Positions 53,450 to 63,680 of a stretch of DNA of 64,000 nucleotides are shown one piece after another (positions within the stretch are counted from its first letter, which is position 1; the number at the start of each line of letters is the position of its first letter). The translations under genes and the position numbers were made by a program. The stretch comes from Shigella phage ESh29, in sequence record ON528739; one strand, 5' to 3'. The notes under the pieces were generated by a model. That model worked only from the letters and a program-made list of their open reading frames with translations. It searched no databases and was not told the origin of the DNA.

Positions 53450-54774
53450 TTGATTTCCTCTAAATCTTTGATGTATTCTGTAACTACATCAGTATTTTTC
53501 CAATATTCGTTTTCTTCTTTTTTAGCTTTAGCTTCTTCAGCAAGTTTCTTTGCTTCGTCGGAAGTCATATGAAAAATATTCATTCCAACTAGTTTATCAA
53601 CATAAGAAGAATACATATCAATTTTAGAAAGTTCTTCGGTCAGTTCTTTACGAGTTTTACCCTGTACAACGATTTCACCTGAAATTACTTTCTTAATGAA
53701 ATGTGCCTTGGCAAAGGCTAAACGAAAAGCGGACTCAGTTTCTTTAATTTTGTTATCAATTCGTTTTTGGACATAAGTTTTACGAACTTCGACGAAGTCT
53801 TTGATTAAATCAACTACGTTATCGTAAACTTGTAGCTTTCCTTTCTCATTAATAACCGTAATATTCTGAGAACGACGCTCAATCAGTCCGAAGTCTTTCA
53901 TAATTTTTGCATGGCGTTCTTCTTCGTTATCGCTCAAAGAATATTCTTTACGGAATTTAACTTTAAATCCAAACCCGTGCTCACCACAAGCATCATCCCA
54001 TGTAATGAAGCCTTTATCTTCAAGTGGGTCTAAGATTTTACTCACATAAGTTTCACGATCATACTTATACGGAATCTCAGTGATATGCATTTGAGTTCGT
54101 GAAGTAAACTTATATGTTCCACGAATTTCATATTGCCCATCAATTTCAACGACTTCACCACGAAATTCTGGGAATTCTACCTTCGGTTTAGTTACTTTCT
54201 TTCCTTGAAGAGCTTGTAGTACAGCTTTCTTGACAGAAGAAACACTATGAGGAAGAATGTAAGTTGCATAACCAGTTGCAATACCGGAAACACCGTTAAG
54301 AAGAACAGTAGGAATAATAGGCAAATAGAAAGCAGGCGGAATGTGTTCTTTATCTTGATGTACCGGAGCATATTCAGTATCTTTATATACGTTATAGAAA
54401 TTTTTACTTACACGAGCAAAAATATAACGACTTGCCGCTGCTTTTTGAACGGTACGAGAACCAAAGTTTCCTTGACCATCTAACAAAGGAAAGTTATTAT
54501 TCCAAGCGTTAGCCATCAAAGCACCTGCGTCTTGTGCAGAGTTTTCGCCATGATGATATCCAAGGTCCGCTACACCACCTGCAATAGAAGCAAGTTTGTG
54601 AAACTTATCTTTATTTCCTCGTGCCAAATCAAGAGCTCGAGCAATAACAAATCGTTGGACTGGCTTAAATCCGTCAATCATATTTGGGATAGCACGATTT
54701 TCAACCGTGTACATAGCATAAGCCAATGCTTCATTATCAATGATACTTTTTAAATCGCGATTATTCAGTTGCAT
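53446..54774 (-). CDS. 52: DNA topoisomerase II medium subunit gp52, 442 aa
   Basis: GyrA-like breakage-reunion domain; T4 gp52 length; synteny. Confidence 0.9.
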   Translation of the reverse strand: MQLNNRDLKSIIDNEALAYAMYTVENRAIPNMIDGFKPVQRFVIARALDLARGNKDKFHKLASIAGGVADLGYHHGENSAQDAGALMANAWNNNFPLLDGQGNFGSRTVQKAAASRYIFARVSKNFYNVYKDTEYAPVHQDKEHIPPAFYLPIIPTVLLNGVSGIATGYATYILPHSVSSVKKAVLQALQGKKVTKPKVEFPEFRGEVVEIDGQYEIRGTYKFTSRTQMHITEIPYKYDRETYVSKILDPLEDKGFITWDDACGEHGFGFKVKFRKEYSLSDNEEERHAKIMKDFGLIERRSQNITVINEKGKLQVYDNVVDLIKDFVEVRKTYVQKRIDNKIKETESAFRLAFAKAHFIKKVISGEIVVQGKTRKELTEELSKIDMYSSYVDKLVGMNIFHMTSDEAKKLAEEAKAKKEENEYWKNTDVVTEYIKDLEEIK

Positions 54775-54778
54775 AAAT

Positions 54779-54919
54779 TTACCATACTAGTGAATGTAGT
54801 GCCATAATAACATCAGAAATGAAAAGCACGACTTGAATTAATCCGAACATTACTCCATAATATAGTGCTGCCAATAAAACAGCAAGGGCTAATGAATAGC
54901 CCAAGATTTTCTTAATCAT
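54779..54919 (-). CDS. Small hydrophobic membrane peptide, 46 aa
   Basis: Hand-translated ORF (MIKKILGYSLALAVLLAALYYGVMFGL...) ending 4 nt before the gp52 start. Confidence 0.35.
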   Translation of the reverse strand: MIKKILGYSLALAVLLAALYYGVMFGLIQVVLFISDVIMALHSLVW

Positions 54920-55070
54920 TAGTAGATAACAACACAAATGTTAAATATGCACACATACCCTGAGCTAAAGCTTGCGAAAACACACTGCTAGCATCGATAC
55001 AGATAGTTAAAACACATGCTACTATCCAACAAATAAATGAAATAACTCCTAATAATTTTGCGATATTCAT
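54912..55070 (-). CDS. Small hydrophobic membrane peptide, 52 aa (ac-like)
   Basis: Start at MNIAKLL with GAGGAG RBS (track ORF 54912-55100); one TM segment; resembles the adjacent 51-aa peptide. Confidence 0.4.
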   Translation of the reverse strand: MNIAKLLGVISFICWIVACVLTICIDASSVFSQALAQGMCAYLTFVLLSTND

Positions 55071-55080
55071 AATATTCTCC

Positions 55081-55236
55081 TCAACTATTTTTAGAACCAA
55101 TGTACGCGAATAATGATAAAATCGCTAATACGCCCTGAGCTGATGCTTGCAAAAATACTGAAGTTTCTCCAGTTATTACTGTTCCGATGCATAAAAAGAA
55201 CCAACAGAAAAAGGCTATACCGTGAACAAATTTCAT
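55081..55236 (-). CDS. Small hydrophobic membrane peptide, 51 aa (ac-like)
   Basis: Hand-translated ORF (MKFVHGIAFFCWFFLCIGTVITGE...); position between 52 and stp as T4 ac. Confidence 0.4.
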   Translation of the reverse strand: MKFVHGIAFFCWFFLCIGTVITGETSVFLQASAQGVLAILSLFAYIGSKNS

Positions 55237-55243
55237 ATTTTCC

Positions 55244-55324
55244 TCACTGGCGTCCGAAGACGCCTTTGGTTTTAAGATTGTTACGATAGAACTGCATCAC
55301 ATGTTCGTTATGGAAATTACTCAT
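55244..55324 (-). CDS. stp: Stp peptide, 26 aa
   Basis: Hand-translated [26 protein letters not shown], recognised as T4 Stp; TAATG overlap with the ndd stop. Confidence 0.8.
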
Positions 55325-55782
55325 TAATATGCCTGCAAAACAAATTTAAAGTTATCAGCCAACATACGGTTCATTTCTTCAAGTGTTTGATACTCAGAAT
55401 GATGATTACGAGTAAACGCTAAAGCTAACTGACCTTTTCCAAATCCCGTCGTCAGAGGTTTCATCTTAGAAGCAGGCAGATAAAACACTGTGTATGGAAC
55501 ATTATTATTTGCAATAGTATGAGCAAGCTGAGACCGGCGTTGACGAATATGACTTAGAACTGCGCTGAATCCTTGCTTAGAACGCTGATTACCTACATAA
55601 AATCGTGCAGACACACATGGATTACTAAATGGACGACCATCTAATTTACTTACTAAAAAGTAAAATCCAGGTTTAGATAAAATATCTTTATGCGGAGTTC
55701 CTAAAAACCATTCACCACCCTTGATTGTACCAATGACAGTAGCGCCTGCGTTGTTCAGATCAGTAACAGTCATATATTTCAT
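55324..55782 (-). CDS. ndd: Nucleoid disruption protein Ndd, 152 aa
   Basis: Start set at MKYMTVTD inside track ORF 55324-55830; sequence recognised as Ndd; synteny. Confidence 0.8.
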
Positions 55783-55842
55783 TTTAATTTCCTCTAAATT
55801 ATTTTCTACTCCAAGGCCGCATGAATACACACGGCCATTAAA

Positions 55843-56058
55843 TTAATCGTCGCAGTCGACGCTCAATTCCCAAAACTCTTCTACAGTATAAGTTTCAGTA
55901 TCATTTTCAATACAGAAACGTTCATTACTATTATTTGCTAAAGTAGCATTAACTGTCGGTTTCTCGCTAGTGCTCTTAAGAGGTGAAATGCGAATTAACT
56001 GATCGCCGTTATCTAAACAGAAAATTTCACCAACTTTTACATCTTTAAAGATTTTCAT
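55843..56058 (-). CDS. Hypothetical protein, 71 aa
   Basis: ORF between denB and ndd. Confidence 0.4.
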   Translation of the reverse strand: MKIFKDVKVGEIFCLDNGDQLIRISPLKSTSEKPTVNATLANNSNERFCIENDTETYTVEEFWELSVDCDD

Positions 56059-56173
56059 AATTCACCTCAAGGAGTATAAAATCCAAATGCAGTTGTTGAC
56101 CATCCCATCCAATACGGGAAATTTGCGCCAATGTAAAACATGAGAATATAAAACCAACCGCTCAGCAAATTCA

Positions 56174-56392
56174 TCATTTTACACCATTCCAAATTGTTTC
56201 AACCACAGATTTTAAACCATTTTGATGAATATCCATTCCGACTACTGCCATCAAATAGATTCCAACTACAACTGAACCTAGCGCAAAAATCAGCATGAAA
56301 ATGAATAAAGCCGGAAAAATATTATCGAAAAACCATTCAATAAATGTAAAAGCACTGCGTTTACGCTTCATATTTTCCTCACATAAATCCAA
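56174..56392 (-). CDS. Hypothetical membrane protein, 72 aa
   Basis: ORF with two hydrophobic segments. Confidence 0.4.
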   Translation of the reverse strand: MDLCEENMKRKRSAFTFIEWFFDNIFPALFIFMLIFALGSVVVGIYLMAVVGMDIHQNGLKSVVETIWNGVK

Positions 56393-56492
56393 AGTAAACG
56401 TTTAATACATCAATCATTAAAACGATTGGGAATATACTCAAAACTGTTAGTATTATAACTACATTCCATATAGCTTTAATAATCTTTTTCAT
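56379..56492 (-). CDS. Small membrane peptide, 37 aa
   Basis: Start at MKKIIKAIW with GGAGGAA RBS; the longer track ORF 56379-56588 would read through a promoter cassette. Confidence 0.35.
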   Translation of the reverse strand: MKKIIKAIWNVVIILTVLSIFPIVLMIDVLNVYFGFM

Positions 56493-56520
56493 TTTCTGTT
56501 CCTCCGTAGTTGATAGTTGT

Positions 56521-56550
56521 ATAGTACCACGGAAGAACAGTCTTGTAAAC
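56521..56550 (-). promoter_or_regulatory. Early-promoter-like element (GTTTAC, 18-nt spacer, TACTAT), minus strand
   Basis: Minus-strand GTTTAC at 56545-56550 and TACTAT at 56521-56526, followed by the conserved ACAACTATCAACTAC leader. Confidence 0.5.
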
Positions 56551-56766
56551 AACTTTTTAAAAATATTCGTAATAAATGTGAATACCAACTACTACCGCTG
56601 AAACCTGTGCAACCCACCACGCACAAGCAATAAGTACAGAATTCAAAATTTTCATAATAACCTCATCACAAAAGTAAATGTTAAACAAATTACTGGAATA
56701 CTAATTAACCAAACAAAACACCACCATAGTGAACTCATAGTTCAATCTCAACGATTTTCATTTTAC

Positions 56767-56973
56767 TCAATAATCCGCTAAAAGATCAACGATTGCATCA
56801 CGAAGACACTTATTCGCAATACGTTTAAGAGCAATTTCAGTTTCTGAAGCATTTTGAATAATCATTGAATTCAATTCAGCCTCAGCAAACTGAAGTTCTT
56901 TAACTAATTCAGCTTTATATTTTCCTTTCCCTTTCTTAGCTTTTGCTCGTTTTAGTTCAGCTGTAGTAAACAT
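56767..56973 (-). CDS. Hypothetical basic protein, 68 aa
   Basis: Start at MFTTAELKRAK (track ORF 56767-57072 reads through a promoter cassette). Confidence 0.4.
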   Translation of the reverse strand: MFTTAELKRAKAKKGKGKYKAELVKELQFAEAELNSMIIQNASETEIALKRIANKCLRDAIVDLLADY

Positions 56974-57007
56974 TTTATTCTCCAAATCCGTATCAGTTGA
57001 TAGTTGT

Positions 57008-57037
57008 ATAGTACCACAGTCCTTGTGGTATGTAAAC
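57008..57037 (-). promoter_or_regulatory. Early-promoter cassette with ACCACA...TGTGGT dyad, minus strand
   Basis: About 50 nt identical to the cassette at 36859-36909. Confidence 0.55.
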
Positions 57038-57053
57038 CGTTTTGTGAAAATTT

Positions 57054-57611
57054 TTAAATGGAAAGATACCATCCGTTGTAGTTGCTTTTTCTTACAACCT
57101 TACGAAGGTCTTCTCTATCACCGATGAACTTCGGAGTGTACTGGATGACACCTGGATGAATTTCTTTAGTGTTGAATATAATTATACAGTCAGCGACTTG
57201 ATGATTTAGAATGGGCCCTAGATTTATTCCAGAACCATATGGATACTCTCCGCCGCATCCTGTTGTTACAGAAATCCAACGTGAGTCAGTTTGATGTGTT
57301 TTGACTTCTACTCGAAGCCCGCAATATTTTGGATGTGCTAAAACATCCCATGCATATGTATACGGGTCATTAACATCCTCTTGGCCTTTGTTAACATACC
57401 CGCTTAGCCAATCTGCTACCACATACTCGGCATACACAGCGATACGACATCTTTCGATAACTTCTGCCTTATCCTGATTTGGATTTTGTTTTAAAGAGTA
57501 TCTTGCAGTATCAGCAATTTTGACCTTCATTTCACTGGTCAAATCACTGTTCGATAGGGTAAATGTCGGAATCTGAAATAGTCTCTGTAACCCCGGATTC
57601 GTTTTCTGCAT
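57054..57611 (-). CDS. denB: Endonuclease IV-like protein, 185 aa
   Basis: Size and position between rIIB and ndd match T4 denB; start uncertain because it overlaps the upstream ORF by 68 nt. Confidence 0.55.
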   Translation of the reverse strand: MQKTNPGLQRLFQIPTFTLSNSDLTSEMKVKIADTARYSLKQNPNQDKAEVIERCRIAVYAEYVVADWLSGYVNKGQEDVNDPYTYAWDVLAHPKYCGLRVEVKTHQTDSRWISVTTGCGGEYPYGSGINLGPILNHQVADCIIIFNTKEIHPGVIQYTPKFIGDREDLRKVVRKSNYNGWYLSI

Positions 57612-57873
57612 TTAGACTTTCCTTTTTACCGATGAGATAAGCGTTATACACTTTAAGAGTACCATAGTAAATTCGATCATTTTCATCTAAAGAATTATGA
57701 TCAAGTTCATCGAGATTATTTTTGTCCATGACTATAACATCATTACAGTAAAGAACTCCAAGTTTTTCGTGACCAAACTCTAATTTATTACAATACACAA
57801 TGTTAGCGTGATGATTACCATGTAAAGAAATTTCTTTCATGTCGGAATCACCGATATTCATACAATAAATCAT
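57544..57873 (-). CDS. Hypothetical protein, 109 aa
   Basis: ORF upstream of denB. Confidence 0.4.
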   Translation of the reverse strand: MIYCMNIGDSDMKEISLHGNHHANIVYCNKLEFGHEKLGVLYCNDVIVMDKNNLDELDHNSLDENDRIYYGTLKVYNAYLIGKKESLNAENESGVTETISDSDIYPIEQ

Positions 57874-57904
57874 AATTCACCTTAAAACAAAAGGGCCGAA
57901 GCCC

Positions 57905-58099
57905 TTATTTAAATTGTTCAATTCTTTTCTCTAAACAATCTGCATAAGATTTCATTGAGATAAACTGTGAAAGCAGTAATTCTTGCTCAACTGCACTAAC
58001 CGTTAGAAACTTTGCGCTTTCTAAAAATTTACTAAGTGCATTAATTTTGAGCATTAGTTGATCGTATTCTTCTTTTACTCGTGCTTGATAACCTAACAT
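57905..58099 (-). CDS. Hypothetical protein, 64 aa
   Basis: ORF flanked by GGGCCGAAGCCC hairpins. Confidence 0.4.
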   Translation of the reverse strand: MLGYQARVKEEYDQLMLKINALSKFLESAKFLTVSAVEQELLLSQFISMKSYADCLEKRIEQFK

Positions 58100-58127
58100 A
58101 ATTTTCCTTAGTTAAGGGCCGAAGCCC

Positions 58128-59066
58128 TTATTTAAATTGTTCAGTAACGTCTTCAACTACTTCGTATTGGCAGGTACGCATTTTAGCATCGTTGTAATCA
58201 ATCGGAATTGATACTACATCACGTGGATGTACTTTAACTTTTACAACTCGGCTGGTTGAACTACCAAAGTGACGAATATAAGATTTAGAACACACATGCA
58301 GACCACGAGAACAAGTTTGTGTATCATCATCATTTACGCGAGTACGTGGCATTTTAACTACTTTACCCGGACTGTTATCAAAGGTATTTGAGTGACAGTC
58401 AAAGTAGTTGTCACGAACTACTTTCCAAGCATAGAAGTAACCATCTTCTGTAATTTCAATATCATTTGCTACCAAGAAATCAAAGAGTCGAGATACCGCT
58501 TTTTGACTTGGGTTTTCCAACAGATTTTCCAAGAACGGAAAATAAAATTCAAAGTTTTCACCTTTTTCCATCGAGTCAAGAATACGATCAACCAGACCAG
58601 ACCGTAATTCAATATTTTGATAGAACAAGCTTCCACCTTCAATTCGAACATCGCCGGAAATATATTTTTCAACAGCGCGACGAACATTAATTTTTTGTGC
58701 CGCTTCTTCCAACTTATCCGCTACAAGCAGATTAAGAATTTCCTGGAAGTTTGAATGAGTATTAGGAGTTGCGTTATAAGTTACACCATCAACAGTAATC
58801 GAAATGAATTTTTTAGATGCATTCCAAATAATGTCAGATTTAGCAACTGGAGCAATAACTGCATCGCTATTAACTTTAACTGTAATATCACCGCTAATAG
58901 TAACTTTAGAGCGTTTAGCTTCTTCAGCATTTTTCAAAACACGACGGATTGTGTCAACCGATACACCTTGCCAATCAGCCAATTCCTGTTGGGTGTAATT
59001 ACCACTTGAATACAATTTAACAATTTCAGCTTGTTCGTTTTTGGTCAGGCATTTAATATTGTACAT
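58128..59066 (-). CDS. rIIB: rIIB protein, 312 aa
   Basis: Length and position directly downstream of rIIA. Confidence 0.85.
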   Translation of the reverse strand: MYNIKCLTKNEQAEIVKLYSSGNYTQQELADWQGVSVDTIRRVLKNAEEAKRSKVTISGDITVKVNSDAVIAPVAKSDIIWNASKKFISITVDGVTYNATPNTHSNFQEILNLLVADKLEEAAQKINVRRAVEKYISGDVRIEGGSLFYQNIELRSGLVDRILDSMEKGENFEFYFPFLENLLENPSQKAVSRLFDFLVANDIEITEDGYFYAWKVVRDNYFDCHSNTFDNSPGKVVKMPRTRVNDDDTQTCSRGLHVCSKSYIRHFGSSTSRVVKVKVHPRDVVSIPIDYNDAKMRTCQYEVVEDVTEQFK

Positions 59067-59077
59067 AATTTTCCTTA

Positions 59078-61255
59078 TTAGGCCGCAAGGGCCTTCATAG
59101 TTTTAGCGATTTGGGAAACTTCATCATCGCTTAAAGAATTGCGATAACCAATGAAGTCGGAAACAATACGGAATTTCTTGGTAAACTCAGCAACCATTTT
59201 ATCACTATTTTTTGAAGCATTACGTGATAATTCATCAAAGAGATTAGTTACTGTCCAGATATCATGACCGATGGTATCTTTTCCACCGTTGAAATATACA
59301 CCCTGTAATGAACTAACCATATTAGCGAGTCGTGTATATTCTTCAGAAACTTCATCTACGCTGAAGTACTTCATCATAAAATCTAGCTCAGGATACTTGA
59401 TAATTTTATCAATATATCGTTTAGCTGAACTTGAATAACCTACATACTTATCATAATCTACATCATCAAAAGCATCTACATATAAATCACGCAAAGCTTC
59501 AAAAATACATTGGCACTGACCGAGTTCTTTTACCTTTTTCTGTAAAAGCGGACGAATAACATAAAATTCATTAATGCCAATAAGATTAGCCATACGAATC
59601 AAAATATTCATAGATGGATGACAAAGCGATGTAGTACCATCCATAGAGAAAATATCAGAACGATGCATATACGCTACATAACCAGTAATTTCATCTGCTT
59701 CTGACGTAAGTGTAAATAGTTCCTCTTTTTCCCATCGCCCATCTTTAATTTCAAACTTAAATGCTGTAGCAGCTTTAGGACGAGGAGCTTTACTTTTAAC
59801 TACCTTTGGAATATAGCTTTTAACTAAAGCTTCAATTTCTGACAAATAATGAATGTTAACTTCATCGCTTTCAAACATCGCCATAATATCAGGAAGCAAA
59901 TCAATCTGCGATTCTACTTCTGGATTAATAAACAGAAGACGCTCGTTGTGATGAATATTCAAAGTGTTATTAAATTCACTATCATCTAACGCATGCGCTA
60001 ATCCACGGACAATATTAACACGATTTTTAATATTATCAATAACAATATTAATTTTTGTTGCATTAATACCAAACAGACGATAACTTGATGCAACGGCTGA
60101 AGTTTCATGGCTTTGCTTAATGCGTTTCAGTCGAGGGTCAAGATTTACTTCATACACCACGCCTGCATTGCATAACTTACTGTCAGGTTCAAACATGCTC
60201 TGCATCTTTTTATATGACAGATTTTTAGTCGTGAATTTGACTGAATTACTAATCATATAATCTCGAGCAGAATACCCCATCTTCATCAATTCACGATATG
60301 TATGACGAGGAGATGTAGATTCTTTAAATCGTTTTACATCTTCATTAAATGCTTTCTCACTGAGTTCTTTAACTCGTTCAATAATATTTTTGCGAGTGCG
60401 ATCGTCCAGTGAAAGAGCTTCGCGTGATGGAGCAATATCCAGTGAACCCATTGGAAACTTAATGTAATTCACTTCATTGCGAATGCTTAGCCAGTTACGG
60501 TCTCTAATAACACCATCGATAGGATAAACAATACCGCCATAGATAGCATATAATCCACCGCGATCAGGCCAGTATCTTTCTGGATTTACACCGTAATAAT
60601 CATCAAAATCCGGAAAATAATCAATTTCGCGGTCAAGACCATTAATGATAGCCAAATCTTTGAACGGTCGCATGATATAAGAAACTTCATAAGCAAAGTT
60701 TCTAAAGTCTTTTTCTTCAACTGGAACTACGATTTCAATACCAGTTTTATCATCTGGACCCATTTCTTTCACAAATGTAGGTTTAATTTGTGGACCATCG
60801 CCATCCATGTAAGCTACATAACCACGAATTTCACCTTTATGATACGAAGTAATACTAAATGTATCAGTATAACTAAACGGAGATTTAGAACCTAAACCAA
60901 ATCCGCCAATGAAATCGTTAGATTCAGCCTTAGATGAACTGAAGTATGAATTATACAAACCAGGAGAATTATCATCACCCTGAATATCAAAATCACTCAT
61001 ACCCGGACCAAAATCTCGGCAAACAAATCGTGGATCTAAACGTCCAGGAACTTGAATGATAAATTTTTCAGGATTTTCATTGAGAGCATGGGCATCAATC
61101 ATGTTGGTAATCAATTCACGGACTACTGCGCGAATTTTGTTTGTATACAAATCAGATGATAAGATTTTAAATACTTTAGGAGATGCTGTGATGCTAAATG
61201 CCTTTGATTTAGAACCATTACCAAGAATTGTTTCTTTTTCAGTGGTGATAATCAT
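59078..61255 (-). CDS. rIIA: rIIA protein, 725 aa
   Basis: Length and GHKL-type ATPase-like N-terminus; synteny with rIIB and 39. Confidence 0.9.
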   Translation of the reverse strand: MIITTEKETILGNGSKSKAFSITASPKVFKILSSDLYTNKIRAVVRELITNMIDAHALNENPEKFIIQVPGRLDPRFVCRDFGPGMSDFDIQGDDNSPGLYNSYFSSSKAESNDFIGGFGLGSKSPFSYTDTFSITSYHKGEIRGYVAYMDGDGPQIKPTFVKEMGPDDKTGIEIVVPVEEKDFRNFAYEVSYIMRPFKDLAIINGLDREIDYFPDFDDYYGVNPERYWPDRGGLYAIYGGIVYPIDGVIRDRNWLSIRNEVNYIKFPMGSLDIAPSREALSLDDRTRKNIIERVKELSEKAFNEDVKRFKESTSPRHTYRELMKMGYSARDYMISNSVKFTTKNLSYKKMQSMFEPDSKLCNAGVVYEVNLDPRLKRIKQSHETSAVASSYRLFGINATKINIVIDNIKNRVNIVRGLAHALDDSEFNNTLNIHHNERLLFINPEVESQIDLLPDIMAMFESDEVNIHYLSEIEALVKSYIPKVVKSKAPRPKAATAFKFEIKDGRWEKEELFTLTSEADEITGYVAYMHRSDIFSMDGTTSLCHPSMNILIRMANLIGINEFYVIRPLLQKKVKELGQCQCIFEALRDLYVDAFDDVDYDKYVGYSSSAKRYIDKIIKYPELDFMMKYFSVDEVSEEYTRLANMVSSLQGVYFNGGKDTIGHDIWTVTNLFDELSRNASKNSDKMVAEFTKKFRIVSDFIGYRNSLSDDEVSQIAKTMKALAA

Positions 61256-61265
61256 AATTTCCTCA

Positions 61266-61469
61266 TTAATTCATATTACGCTTAATAACTTCAGCAACTT
61301 CTAGTAGTTCGTCTTTAGTTGCGGTGTCGGATTGAATTTTATCTCTAATATCTTTAAAGCGGTTTTTAAATTCTTCGGCTTCTCCCATATCGAAAAAGCG
61401 TTGAATGATTCTATATTCTCGATGAACTGCTTTATCAAAAAGTTCTAAATTTACTTTATATGATTTCAT
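61266..61469 (-). CDS. Hypothetical protein, 67 aa (rIIA.1 position)
   Basis: ORF between gene 39 and rIIA; early promoter upstream. Confidence 0.5.
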   Translation of the reverse strand: MKSYKVNLELFDKAVHREYRIIQRFFDMGEAEEFKNRFKDIRDKIQSDTATKDELLEVAEVIKRNMN

Positions 61470-61494
61470 TCCAATATCCTCATTTGCCCAATTA

Positions 61495-61524
61495 ATTATA
61501 CCACATCCTTGTGGTAAAGTAAAC
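61495..61524 (-). promoter_or_regulatory. Early promoter (GTTTAC, 18-nt spacer, TGGTATAAT) with ACCACA...TGTGGT dyad
   Basis: Minus-strand GTTTAC at 61519-61524 and perfect TATAAT at 61495-61500 with an extended -10 TG; overlaps the gene 39 stop. Confidence 0.6.
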
Positions 61525-63344
61525 TACTGGCTCATCCATTCTTTACGAAGGTCAGCATTATCTCCCATGAGCATTTCAAAAAGCTCTTTCCAGTTCTCAG
61601 GAAGTTTAACAACATCATATACTGGATTTTGAATCATCTCACGATATTCAGATTTTTCCAAAGAGCCAAGTCCCTTAATATAACGGATGCTATGTTTAGG
61701 TAGAGTATCTTTGGCACTCTCATATTCAGCCACTGTATAAAACCATTCTTGTTTTTTACCGACCTGAGCGATGATTACAGGAGTTTTGACAAAGCGAATT
61801 CGTCCTTGCTCAAACAATTCTGGCCAATTACTAAAAAATCCGAGCAGAGAAGGATAAATGCTTCCTAGACCATCATGGTCAGCATCAGTCATAATAGCGA
61901 TATTATGATAATTCAAGTTTTCAGCTTTTTCACCGAGAACTAATCCAGTGATTGCGCAAATATCAAACAATTCTTTGTTTTTAAGCATATCAGCATATGA
62001 CATACCCCAACTGTTGAGAACTTTACCGCGCAATGGATAACCACCATGAAGTTCTTTATCACGAACATCAATAAGATATCCGATAGCAGAATCACCCTCA
62101 GTCAAGAAAAGAGTAGTGTCAGCATCTTTACCGCAAAGATTCGCTTTAATGTGTTTATGAACCTTAGCTTTAGAAGCCTTTTTAGCTGCTTTAGTTTCTG
62201 CTGCCTTTTCTGCCGCCAATTTACGAGCCAAAGCAGCTTCAATAATCGGCATTAGAATTGCTTCATTATTTAGAATAGCACGTGAAATCTTTTTAGCATC
62301 AAGTTGAATATGACTACGGATTTCACCAAATGGAGAAGTCAAACGCTCTTTAGTTTGAGAATCAAATCGCATGTTTTTCATATCACGGACAAACATAACG
62401 ATAGTCAAACATTCTTTAACGCGTGCTTTAGTCACATCAATTTTGAACTTACGTTTGATTTGTGGAATAAGGTCTTCACAAATATCATCCATAACACAGT
62501 CAATGTGATGGCCACCATTCTTAGTGTGAATGTTATTCACATAAGTTAATTGACGAAAACCATCCGGTGAACGACCAACCGCAATAGAGCAATTTTCTTG
62601 TTCTTGAACGATAGCATGTTCATCATATTGGCGTGCATATTTCTTAAAATTGCCCTGAACCTTTTTACCATTAAAGGTAAATTGAATATCAGGATAAACT
62701 ACTGCAAGTGTCTGGAGACGATCTAGTGTAATGTCAAGATAAACTTGGGACAGCTCATTAGTTTCAAATGACATAAAATCAGGAATGAAAGTAACACGAG
62801 TTCCTTTCCATTTTCCAGGAATAGTTTCCCATGATTTATTTTCCATGCCATTTGAACAACGAACTACAATATTATTTTGACCATCACCAGTTTCACCGAC
62901 AAACATCACAGAAAAAATGTTTGTCAAACTAGAACCAACACCATTCATACCACCGGTGACACGTTCTTTATCATCACCAAAGTTACCACCTGCTTTTGGA
63001 ATAGTCCAGGCAGCAACAGGACCAGGAATTTCTTCACCAGTAGGTGTTTTGACCATCGCTTGTGGAATACCGCGACCGTTATCTTCAACTGTTACTTGAT
63101 TGTTTTTAATAGTAACATTAATTTTATTTGCGAATTTAAACTTAGTACGAATACCTTCATCTACTGAGTTATCGATAATTTCATCAATAAGCTTAACAAG
63201 ACCAGGTACATACTGAACACTTTCCCATTTACCAAACAGAAAGCGCTCATGCATTTCATTAGCAGAAGAGCCAATATACATGCCGCTACGCTTTTTGATA
63301 TGTTCAATATCGCTCAGAATTTTAATTTCATTCTTAATCATCAC
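61524..63344 (-). CDS. 39: DNA topoisomerase II large subunit gp39 as a single 606-aa ORF (covers the T4 39 plus 60 equivalents)
   Basis: GHKL ATPase and TOPRIM-like regions in one continuous ORF. Confidence 0.9.
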   Translation of the reverse strand: MMIKNEIKILSDIEHIKKRSGMYIGSSANEMHERFLFGKWESVQYVPGLVKLIDEIIDNSVDEGIRTKFKFANKINVTIKNNQVTVEDNGRGIPQAMVKTPTGEEIPGPVAAWTIPKAGGNFGDDKERVTGGMNGVGSSLTNIFSVMFVGETGDGQNNIVVRCSNGMENKSWETIPGKWKGTRVTFIPDFMSFETNELSQVYLDITLDRLQTLAVVYPDIQFTFNGKKVQGNFKKYARQYDEHAIVQEQENCSIAVGRSPDGFRQLTYVNNIHTKNGGHHIDCVMDDICEDLIPQIKRKFKIDVTKARVKECLTIVMFVRDMKNMRFDSQTKERLTSPFGEIRSHIQLDAKKISRAILNNEAILMPIIEAALARKLAAEKAAETKAAKKASKAKVHKHIKANLCGKDADTTLFLTEGDSAIGYLIDVRDKELHGGYPLRGKVLNSWGMSYADMLKNKELFDICAITGLVLGEKAENLNYHNIAIMTDADHDGLGSIYPSLLGFFSNWPELFEQGRIRFVKTPVIIAQVGKKQEWFYTVAEYESAKDTLPKHSIRYIKGLGSLEKSEYREMIQNPVYDVVKLPENWKELFEMLMGDNADLRKEWMSQ

Positions 63345-63410
63345 TTATCCTCGTTTGGTTTCGGGAATATTATACTCCGGTAATCATAAAGCTAAAGGCC
63401 CGAAGGCCTT

Positions 63411-63680
63411 TTATTTAAAACGAATAGTCGAATCCTTGAAGAATAGTCCAGAACATACTGTTCCTTCTACTTTCTGCCCAGTAGGTCCAATAGCACGAAA
63501 TCCAGTACGCTGGAAATCATTTTCAGAGCAACCGAACCAATTATATCCAGTGATTTCAATATTAGTAAAACCACTTGAAGACAAAACTTTGGTTGCATTA
63601 TCAGCATCAGTACATCCTATTAAAGACACTGCTAATACTAATGCTGCGATAGAACGATTAATATATTTCATAATTTTCAC
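63411..63680 (-). CDS. Predicted lipoprotein, 89 aa
   Basis: Signal peptide with lipobox (ALVLAVSLIGC), three further Cys. Confidence 0.5.
   Translation of the reverse strand: MKIMKYINRSIAALVLAVSLIGCTDADNATKVLSSSGFTNIEITGYNWFGCSENDFQRTGFRAIGPTGQKVEGTVCSGLFFKDSTIRFK

Noticed and set aside
57544-57611. 68-nt overlap between the 109-aa ORF and the denB start, considered as a programmed frameshift
   Set aside because: There is no slippery heptamer. More likely denB starts at a downstream ATG (for example MKVKIAD), or the upstream ORF is shorter.
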